A program made the position numbers and the translations under genes. 64,000 bases of DNA, taken from assembly GCA_963729605.1 (NCBI GenBank), contig CAVSNY010000002.1:376205-440204 (forward strand), written 5' to 3'. How positions within the stretch are numbered: the stretch's first letter is position 1; each line of letters starts with the position of its first letter. The DNA comes from an uncultured Gammaproteobacteria bacterium (GTDB lineage Bacteria > Pseudomonadota > Gammaproteobacteria > DRLM01). This document shows, in pieces, positions 55,503 through 64,000 of this stretch. The notes under the pieces are model-generated. The model saw nothing but the letters and a program-made list of their open reading frames with translations, had not been told where the DNA came from and ran no database searches.

Positions 55503-55862
55503 ATGAACGCGACGCCCCGTACCACAAAAGCAGAACGCGCCGGCAGATGGCTCGGCCGTGCGTGGCGTGGCCTTGCACGGCAAGAGGCCCGTGCCATCCA
55601 ATGGCTGGGGGGCAAGGGACTGCCGGCCGGCGTAGCACGGCTGCTGTTCTGGATCGTGAAACTCGTCGTGTTCGGCGTGCTGCTGTACGCAGCGTTCTGG
55701 CTGGCCCTGCTGATCGCGTTCGCGCTGATCGCAGCCTGGCTTGTGCGCAATGCCGACCTGGATGAAGAAAAGCAGCCTGAACTCAGGGATGGCCACTCGG
55801 GCATTGGCTGGTACAACAAAGATGACTTGCGGATCGACATGGGTGATCCAGACGATCCGTAG
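55503..55862 (+). CDS. ICE membrane protein (DUF3742-like)
   Basis: GRWLGR.WR, LLFW.VKL...LLY.AFWLALL, PE.R.G.SG.G.Y. Confidence 0.75.
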   Translation: MNATPRTTKAERAGRWLGRAWRGLARQEARAIQWLGGKGLPAGVARLLFWIVKLVVFGVLLYAAFWLALLIAFALIAAWLVRNADLDEEKQPELRDGHSGIGWYNKDDLRIDMGDPDDP

Positions 55863-55893
55863 CGCTCCCGTACTTCGCACCAGCACGTTCCTT

Positions 55894-57417
55894 CTACTTC
55901 GCGGCTCCCTTAGTTGCAGCCGCCATCGCGATACGTGAGCCGCTACCACCGGCCGACTTCGCATCCATGGAGCCGGTGGCCAGTCCGCCAACAATACCGC
56001 CCGTTTTGATTCCTGCCCAAGTCAAGGCGATTACCCAAAATCCCGGCAGGATGATGAACATCATCGCCATCACGAAGTTCAGCAACATGTCGCCGAATGC
56101 GTTGTTCAACCCCATCAGCGGATTGAAATTGCTGTGCGGCGGTGAATCCCAGCCGTAGAGCGCGTCGAGGATCGTGCTGTCGATCCAGCGCGCGAGCTGG
56201 AACCAGAAGTCGACGAAGAACAGCGCGAACTGCACGCAGCTCACCGTGACCACCGTCCGCAAATCGTAGGTGCCGAAGATCAGCACCAGCGGGATGCAGA
56301 TGACCAGTCGCCATCTTCAGCAGCGACAGGACCATGGGCAGCGCCTGGCGCACCACGTCCATGGCCGGAAAGAATCCCATCGAGCCCACCGTCAGCCCCA
56401 GGTCCGACACGGCGCGGGTCGCGACATTGGGCAGCGTCATGCCGATCTGCCCACCGTAGTCGGTGTAGACTGCCCCTGGTTCATGACCTGTTGCCGTGGC
56501 GAGGCAATGGCGCGAATCACGGAATCATCGACCTCGGCCTGGTCAGAAAGCCGGCCCACTGGCCGATGCCGGGACAGCAGGCTCGGATCGACCTGGGCCA
56601 GCAGCCGGGCACGCAGTCCGTCGCCGCTGTCCGACCACCATTGCCGGCAAGTCGGATAGCCGCCGCCGCTGGATACCTGGGCCAGGCCCGCGTCGCGCGT
56701 ATCGTCATAGGGCCAGGCCGTCGCGTGGGTCCGTGCGAGCGATACGTGTCGTAGAAGCCGGCCGTGTCGAGGAAGTAGCGCGAACCGATCCAGGTCACGT
56801 CGTTCATCTGCTCGTCGCTGAGCGTCGGCCGGCTCATGAACAGCCTGGCGCGGGCCGGCCCGTAGCAGTCGTGCGTGAAGTCGGCGACTTCCTGGGCCAG
56901 CACCGGGTCGTCGATGCGCGTGCGTCGATCTCCATGCGCATCTGCCGCAGGTCCGTGCCGCAGGGGATCGCCGCCACCGCGGCGCCGGTGACGGCCTTGG
57001 ACAGCGCGTGCATGAAGAACCACCAGACCGGCACCAGGGCGCTCTGGTTGTTGAGCGTCGTGAACGAAGCGACCAGCCCGTGTCCGAGGGCAGCGGCACA
57101 TTGACCTGGCATTGCGTCGAGCGCGTGCGATCGAACTGGATGGTGCTGAGGTCAACGGGAATGAAGGGAATGCCGGCGAACATGATGACCACGATCGCCA
57201 CCCACACGCGGTTCTCGATGCGCATGGACGAGCAGCACGCCCTTGTTGCCTTCGTCCGCGCCCTCGCGCGGGCCTTGAGCCATTCCTGGATGACGATGGC
57301 CAGGAACGGCAGCGCGAAGACGCCGCTGGCCACCAGCACATTCCAGATGCCGTTGTTGACGATCCAGCCGACCAGGGTCAGGTAATACTCCAGATAGTCC
57401 GTCGTGTAGAGGGTCAT
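55894..57417 (-). pseudogene. TraG N-terminal-domain conjugation protein, multiply frameshifted
   Basis: MTLYTTDYLEYYLTLVGW, VPVWW.FMHALSK, FWFQLARWIDS segments spread across frames. Confidence 0.8.
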
Positions 57418-57437
57418 GGTCAGTCGTCCCGCATCTG

Positions 57438-57793
57438 CTACGGTTGTCGCAGCAGCGCGCTGATTTCGAGCAGCACGACGGCGGCGACGGCGCGCGATCT
57501 CCGCGCGCAGCAGGCGCTGATGCGCCTCGCGGGATGCGGCTCGCGCTCCCGCAGGCGGCGACGCATCCACCACCAGCCGTAGGCCGTCGCGCCATAGAGG
57601 CACAGCCGCCAAACGAGGAAGTGGGCCGGCATGCTCGTCGCAGCCAGCGACTCCAGGCGTCCGACGCCGCCGACGAGGTGGATGCCGACGAGGTTGACGG
57701 CGACGGCGACGACACGACCAGCAGCAATGCATCCACAGCAGCGCAGTGCCGAGACGCCGGTTGAACAGCCACGTCCGCAGCCCGATCCGTCAT
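57438..57793 (-). pseudogene. Small ICE membrane protein, frameshifted
   Basis: HFLVWRLCLYGATAYGWWWMRRRL segment; ATG overlaps the upstream stop. Confidence 0.6.
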
Positions 57794-59225
57794 GGCGGAT
57801 TGCCGGCGGTCTGCGGCTGCTGGATGGCGTCGAGCCGATCGCGCGTCGGTGTCGCCCTGGAAGACGCCGCGCGAGCCGGCGGCTGCGCGTGCCGTGCCGC
57901 TGGATGATCGCCATCGGCGAATTCGCCGGCCAGTTCGCGCCGCAGTTCCAGTTCGGTCTTGAGGTTGTTGATCTCCTGTTCCAGCAGACCGCTTTCGTGG
58001 GCGACGGCCTGCCTGCGCCAGCTCGTTGGCCGCGACGTTGGGCTCCTTGCGGCCGGCGAGCAGCGTGCGCTGCAGCAGCAGGGCCTTCTCCAGCACGCTG
58101 GACAGCGCGGCTTCGGAGGCGAGGCGCCGCGCGAGCACGTCCTGATCGGGCTCGTCGCGCAGCGCCTCGATGACGCCGCGCGTGATCGGCAGCGAACTGC
58201 TGCCGGCCGCTTCGAGGTTGTCGACCGTGGTCGCGCCGTGCACCCGTCACCAGCTCCTGCAGCGCCTGCAGCTTGGTCTCGTACTCTTCCTGGATCAGCG
58301 GGCGTCAGGCCGACGCCGGCGCGTGGTCTGGGTCTTGAGTGCAGCTCATCGCAGGTGCGCGTGCTCGTGCTCGCCCAGCACGCGGGTCGCCCAGGTCGGT
58401 GGCGGCCTCGCGGCGAAGGCCAGGTCTGGCAGGTCAGGCGGTTGCCGCAGGTGCTGCTGTCGATCGGCGCGGTATCGGTCGACGCCGCGGCCGTTGAGCA
58501 GGTTGTAGCCGGCGCGGGTCACGTCGCTGACCACGCGGATCGGGATTCTGTCCGGCGCCGCCGGCATTGCCGCCGCCGACCCAGGGCACGCCGTCGTTGC
58601 CGCGGCTGGTTTCGGCCTGTTCGATGGCCGAGACGGCATCGGTGCTGGCCGACGCGCCTGCTTGCAGCGCCATGCCTTCGGCGAGTTGATCCCAGCCGAG
58701 CCTGGCCACCGGCCACGTCGGCCATGCGGTTGGCGATCGCGCGGCAGGTGAGCTTCGAGCGGTCGAAATCCAGCCGCGCCTGCAGGATGCCGTTGGTCAG
58801 CAGGTTGTACAGCCCCGGATCGGCGCGCTGGATGATGAGCGCGGGCAGCGAGGCCACGGCCGCCGTGGCGTTCTGGATCACGTGGCTCATGATCGTCTGG
58901 AAGCCGTTGGTGATGCCGTTGAGCTGGTTCTGCAGCGTGGTGGTGATGCTCATGTCGCCGCAGATCAGGTTGCTGTTCCAGCCGATGCCGACACCGAGGC
59001 TCTGCATGCTGGCCGACGCGGCCCATCGACACGGCCCGGCCGCCGCCGATGCTGTAGAGCACGTCATCGCCGATGACGCTGCCGCTGATGATGCACGCCA
59101 TAGTCATTGACGCTGGTCTGCGCCGACAGCGGGCTGCTCATGGCGGCCAGGACGGCCCGGCAAACAGGAGGCTGCGCAGCCAGCCGCGTCATGGCGAAGG
59201 GGTGTGAGAATAAGGACATGCTCAT
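57790..59225 (-). pseudogene. ICE protein PFL_4711-type (TIGR03755-like), frameshifted
   Basis: IGDDVLYSIGGG, WNSNLICG, RADPGLYNLLTNG, ITRGVIEALR segments in different frames. Confidence 0.8.
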
Positions 59226-59235
59226 GGGCCGCACC

Positions 59236-60184
59236 TCAGTTGAAATCGATGCTGCCGAGGAACACCTGACCGCGCCGCTGGCAGCAGGAGTACGGGCGCC
59301 ACAGCGCCCAGGCATAGTCGCCTTGCTGCGCCTGCACGCGGGCGTTGTTGTGCGGGAAGACCGCGCAGGAGGATCGAAAGGGTCGGGCGTCAGTTCCTGC
59401 CACTTGCCCGTGGAAGCATCGCTTTCCACCAAGCGCACCTGCGGGCCAGTAGCCCGTCGCTCGCGCTGGCAAGCAGCGGCTGATAGACGTGGATCTGGCC
59501 GCGCCGGGTCACGATGTCGCCGGCGCGCTGGGCGACGACGGCAGCCGCCTTGTAGTCGTCCACATGATGCAGGAACCCGCCGCGCGGATAGACATTGCCC
59601 CACAGGTTCAGGCCGGTGCGCGTGCCGATCTCGCGCATGCCAGGGATCAGCGCCTCGGGATAGACGGCATCTCGGGGATGTTGTAGCGCCAGGCCAGGGT
59701 ATCGAGCGTGCTCAGCAGGTACGGCATGAACGCCGTGCCCGCACCTTCGCAGGAGTAACCGAACTGCGCTGACGAACTCGCTGAACGATGGTAGCGCCTG
59801 GATGCCCGATCACGTCGGCGTTCTTGAACTTCGCGCAGGTTGTTCTCGTGCTCTTCGTTCGTCGTGCCGTCACCGCCACCTTGAGCGGTGGGATTGGGCA
59901 TGCTCATCGCCCGCACTTCCACCCAGGGGTTCTCGCCGGTGTTCGAGTAGCTCGACACGACGGCATCGGGAACGTAGTGCTGCACCTTGACCGAGGTACG
60001 CACCGTGCAGCCGGTGAGCGTGCAGTACAGCCAGTAGCAAATGCCTTGCACGCGATACGACAGGCAATCGGGCGACAGCACCGAGCGCGGTGATAGTGGC
60101 GGTGTTGAGCGCGAAGGCGGAAGCGGCGGTGCCCAGCAGGACGGATGCCATGCAGGTGCGCCATGCGCGGCGGGATAGCTTCAT
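59236..60184 (-). pseudogene. ICE protein PFL_4710-type (TIGR03756-like), frameshifted
   Basis: LSPDCL.YRV.GICYWL.C, WGNVYPRGGF, YAWALWRPYSCC. Confidence 0.8.
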
Positions 60185-60639
60185 GGTTGAGTCCTCCGGT
60201 ATTCCTCGATGCGCGCCAGAGCGCGCGACACGTCGGTCTCGCCGTAGACGACGTAGCGCCGATCGACCACCACGGCGGGAATCCTGGTGATGCCCAGGCT
60301 CCAGGCGTCGGTCACGCCCTGGTAGGCATCAGCCAGGCGTTGTTGGAGTGGTGTGCCGCCATCCTGCAACCGCTGTTGGACGATCGCGGTCGCCTGCTCC
60401 GGATCGGCGGGGAGGTTTGCGGCCAGCTCCGCTTCGATGCCGGCCGGTGCGTCCAGCTTGACGACGTGGATACCGGCGGGCGCCTCTAAGGCGTGGTGCC
60501 GGTCGGTGAATACCCGGACGTCCGCCGCTTCCGCGTGGGCCATCGCGGCTACCGCCATTGCCAGGAGGCATGAAGCCAGCGTTGGGCGGCAGCGCAGCCG
60601 GTGTCGTTGTGTCTCGACGTGTTCAGAGCGTGGGTACAT
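60181..60639 (-). CDS. ICE protein PFL_4709-type (TIGR03757-like)
   Basis: Signal-like N-terminus; AYQGVTDAWSLGITRIPAVVVDRRYVVYGE. Confidence 0.82.
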   Translation of the reverse strand: MYPRSEHVETQRHRLRCRPTLASCLLAMAVAAMAHAEAADVRVFTDRHHALEAPAGIHVVKLDAPAGIEAELAANLPADPEQATAIVQQRLQDGGTPLQQRLADAYQGVTDAWSLGITRIPAVVVDRRYVVYGETDVSRALARIEEYRRTQP

Positions 60640-60781
60640 GGGGTAGCTCCCATTGGGTCGATACTCGCGCTAGTCGATCCCATCGGGCAGATGGACACCA
60701 TCAAGAAAGGGAACTGTCCCGCGACCGCTTTCATCCGACCCGAACACGAAAAAAGAGGCGCCTGGTGGGGCGCCTCAAGGA

Positions 60782-61282
60782 CTACAGCAAGCCGGCTTCC
60801 GCGAAGGAAAAAGGCGTTCCTTCACCGACGATGAAATGGTCCAGAACACGAACGTCCACCAATTCGAGAACCGATTTCAATCGGGTCGTGATTGCCTTGT
60901 CGGCATGGCTCGGCTCGGTCACGCCCGAAGGGTGATTGTGGGCAAAGATGACCGCGCTGCAATTGTGCTCGATCGCCCGCTTGAGGACCGCGCGGGGATA
61001 CACACTGGCGCCATCGATGGTGCCGTGGAACATCGGCTCGAAAGCGATCACGCGGTGCTGCGAGTCGAGAAACACGACGGCAAAGACTTCCAGTGCTTCG
61101 CTGGCGAGTTTCAGCCATAGATATTCTCGCACGCTGGCCGGGCTGGTTAGCTCGGCACCGTGTTTGAATAGACGTTCCTCCAGCACACCGATGGCTTGCC
61201 GGATCAACGGATCTTCGTGGATGCTCGCGTACCGGACGAGCGCTGATGATGCACCGTCGGTGACGGTATCGGACGGATTCAT
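60782..61282 (-). CDS. radC: RadC-family JAB-domain protein
   Basis: GGAGGT RBS; EVF.V.FLD, VYPR, AHNHPSG, D..IT, VLDHFIV. Confidence 0.92.
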   Translation of the reverse strand: MNPSDTVTDGASSALVRYASIHEDPLIRQAIGVLEERLFKHGAELTSPASVREYLWLKLASEALEVFAVVFLDSQHRVIAFEPMFHGTIDGASVYPRAVLKRAIEHNCSAVIFAHNHPSGVTEPSHADKAITTRLKSVLELVDVRVLDHFIVGEGTPFSFAEAGLL

Positions 61283-61485
61283 GGGAACCTCCTTGATAAA
61301 TGAAACGGAGGCTCCCGTCCCCGTGTGGGGGTGAGACCCCCGTGGGACGTGATGAAGAAAGCCCGGAATCGGGCTTGGACGATTGGCATCCTCCATCGAA
61401 AACGATGGATGTTCGCGCGTGGGATGCGGTGCGAACTGGAACGATCAACGCGGTCGAAACCGCGCCGCAGCCTTGAAGATCGCGG

Positions 61486-62229
61486 CTACCTGGGCATGTC
61501 GCTGACGTTGTCAGCAGGCATCTCGGGTATCTCGGGCAAGGTTTCGGCCATCGCCGGCTCATCGCCCGATGACGTCAGCAGATCAATGGCCGACAGCAAG
61601 GCATCGCCTTCGACGGCACCCGGCAGCAGCAATGCCTGGCCGGTGCGGTTGTCGATTACGCGCAGCATCGGGGTCGCGGTGATGCCGGCCAGCGCGGCTT
61701 CCTCGGCCTGCGCTCGGATCACGGCGTCGGGCCGTGCGCTGGTCAGGCATTCGCGCAACTCGGGTGTCGCGCCGGGTGGCTGGATGCCGGACGGAAGGCC
61801 TCGACCGCCGCCGCGGGTATGCTGGTAAATCCAGGCGACGGTGTTCCAGAACGCTTCCCGCCCGCCGGTTTCTCCCGCGCATTCCGCCAGGCGTGCCGAT
61901 TGCGTGACGGCTGGTTCGTGCATCGGCAGCGGCAGATGGTGCCATTGCCAGTTCACGTCGGGATTGGCGTCGATCCAGCGCTTCAGTACGGGGAAGTAGG
62001 CTTGGCAGTACGGGCATTCCAAATCGGCGTACTCGATCAGCGTGAACCGCGCGTCGATGCGGCCGTAGCGCCACGGTGGACCCGCTGACGCGGCAGCCTC
62101 GGCGGACGCCGGGTCGCCAGTGTGCGGGCTGCGTCCAAGCGACCAGGCCAGCAGAACGAGCAGCACCGCGATCCCGGCCAGCATCGGCCCCAGGTAACGT
62201 CGTAGCGTGTGCAGGCCTGGCGTGCGCAT
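61486..62229 (-). CDS. DsbA-like thioredoxin-fold protein
   Basis: Membrane anchor, EYADLECPYC, HLPL..H, GI.ATP. Confidence 0.85.
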   Translation of the reverse strand: MRTPGLHTLRRYLGPMLAGIAVLLVLLAWSLGRSPHTGDPASAEAAASAGPPWRYGRIDARFTLIEYADLECPYCQAYFPVLKRWIDANPDVNWQWHHLPLPMHEPAVTQSARLAECAGETGGREAFWNTVAWIYQHTRGGGRGLPSGIQPPGATPELRECLTSARPDAVIRAQAEEAALAGITATPMLRVIDNRTGQALLLPGAVEGDALLSAIDLLTSSGDEPAMAETLPEIPEMPADNVSDMPR

Positions 62230-62241
62230 GATCTTTCCGCC

Positions 62242-64000
62242 TCAACCGAGGGCGTCGAGCGGCAATGGCTCGATGCCGCGTGCCCGGTCGATTTTCTCCG
62301 CGACCTTGAAAGCGGCCTCCAGCTCACCGATGCCGTGTTGCCGCATCAACTGATAGCGCTCGGCCTTCTCCTCGGGCTCGGTCATCGCCATGGCTAGGTA
62401 GAGACTCGGCGGCACGGCGCGGAACAGGACTTCCATCGACTTCGACAGGATCACGCCTTCGCTGAACTTGCCGGACTCCTTGCGCGCCGACAGTATCAGC
62501 GCCTTCTGTGCCGGATTGAGTTCGCGGAAGCGCGCGACCTTCTCCACTTCGTCGGGTGGCATCGACAGGCAGATCCACCACTCGATCATCGACAGCATCG
62601 GTTCGGCGGCCTTGGGCAGATCGTCCAGGTTCTGCGTCGCCAGCCAGAACCAGGCGCCGAGCTTGCGCCACATCTTGGTGATCTTGACGACGTAAGGGGC
62701 AAGCAATGGATTGCGGGTGATGATGTGACCCTCGTCGGTGACGTTGACGATGGGGCGCCCCAGGAATTGATCCCTTTCGGCGATGTTGTTGACGGTGTTG
62801 ATCAGCGAGATGTAGGCGATGGAAAGCTGCGCGTTGTAGCCCTCGCGCGCGAAGGTCGCCAGATCGACGATGGTGATGTCCGCTTCCGGCCATGGCGTGC
62901 CGGGACGGTTGAACATTTCCCCATCCAGTCCCTGGCAGAACATATCCATCGCGTCCGCCATTTCCAGCAGGCGAGCGCGCCGGGCTTCTGGCAGCGCGGA
63001 ATCGCGGGCGCGTTCGCGCAGCGCGTCGCGCACGTCCTCGGTCAGCACCGTGCGCTTCTCCGGCGCACAGCGATGCGCCGCGTCGAGAATGCACTGGCGG
63101 ATCAGGCTGCGGTCGGCGCGGGTCATGCGCGCCTCTTCCTTGTCCTCGCCGCCGGTGATCATCAGGCGGGCGGTGATCTCCAGCTCGCCGAGCACGTCGC
63201 GCTGTTCATCGCTTTCGCTCGATGCATCTTCGGTTTCCTGTTCCTCGTCCAGGGCATCGGCGTCCAGCGTCCGCACCTGGCTGGGCGTATCGACCAGGCG
63301 CCACGCATCGGCGAAAGGCGCGAGGCTCACGCCAGCGCCGGGCGCGAGGCTCACGCCAGCGCCGGGCGCGAGGCTCACGCCAGCGCCGGGCGCGAGCTTC
63401 ACCCGATGCACCGTCAGGCCAAGGCGCTGGGCGAATTCGCCAAACAGACCGAAGCTGTTCCCCGCTTCGACGATGAACAGCCGGGGCCGGTAGATCGCGA
63501 CGAGCTGGTTGAGGATGTTGTTGAGCGTGGCCGACTTGCCCGAGCCGGTCGGGCCGAACAGAAACAGATGGGCATTCATCTGCCGGTCGCGCCGGTTGAG
63601 CGGGTCGAAGGCGACGGTGCCGCCACCGCGATTGAAGAAGGTGATGCCGGGGTGCCCGGTGCCCTGATTGCGCCCCCACACGGGCGCGAGATTCGCCGCG
63701 TGCTGCGCGAACATGAGCTGGGTGTACCACTGGCGCCGATCCCTGGCCGGGTCGTAGAGCGCAGGGAAGCCAGCGCAGGTAACTGTTGAGCGGCGCGACC
63801 TCATCCTCCTCGCGCACGGGCTGGAGGCCAGCGTTGAGCATGACATTGGCGAGTTGCAGGCCGCGCGCATCGAGTTCGGCCATGTCGCGACCGCGCAGGT
63901 AGAAGGCCAGCGCGCCGCGATAGAGCTTGTGTGCACTGCCGATCAGCGAACGTGCCTGCTGCACGTCCTGCCGGGCCTGCTCGGACGCCAGTGTTTCGCC
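62242..64000 (-). CDS. VirB4/TraC-like conjugative transfer ATPase (partial; frameshift near 63765)
   Basis: GPTGSGKS, EAGNSFG, DEGH, KMWRKLGAW.WLATQ; upstream part in another frame (LNSYLRWLP). Confidence 0.88.
63317..63396. repeat. 24-bp tandem repeat, 3 copies plus 8 bp
   Basis: GGCGCGAGGCTCACGCCAGCGCCG at 63317, 63341 and 63365; encodes LAPGAGVS x3. Confidence 0.95.

Larger units (their letters stand above)
49994..64000. mobile_element. PFGI-1/ICEclc-class integrative conjugative element (continues beyond the window)
   Basis: int, MobH relaxase, TraG-N, PFL_47xx-type genes, RadC, DsbA-like and VirB4-like genes in the family-typical order. Confidence 0.9.

Overview
GC-rich proteobacterial (probably gammaproteobacterial) chromosome segment with three parts. 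(1) 1-24250 is core genome: his operon (hisD'CBHAFIE), tatABC, degS, nif3, a seven-gene Alternative Complex III-like respiratory operon sitting where petABC is usually found, a PAS-GGDEF-EAL gene, and rpe-gph-trp leader-trpE. (2) 24251-50006 is a ~25.7 kb tyrosine-integrase island inserted in the first codons of trpG. It has a satellite-like core (int, AlpA, HTH, HGGxSTG) and a ~15.5 kb co-oriented anti-phage cluster: a type I R-M system with six extra genes nested between hsdS and hsdR (AAA ATPase+TOPRIM-like DUF4276, XRE-ImmA+PIN, Abi_C, RhuM-Doc), followed by a DSR1-like sirtuin. (3) 49994-64000 is a PFGI-1/ICEclc-class ICE inserted in tandem into the trpG start regenerated by island 1; it runs off the window and is heavily frameshifted. 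The most notable signals are the tandem trpG-targeted integration with mirrored att architecture, the nested defence operon, and a 25-bp palindrome inside rhuM that recurs, with a compensatory base change, in a decayed rhuM fragment upstream of the operon. All family assignments come from motif recognition, not database searches.
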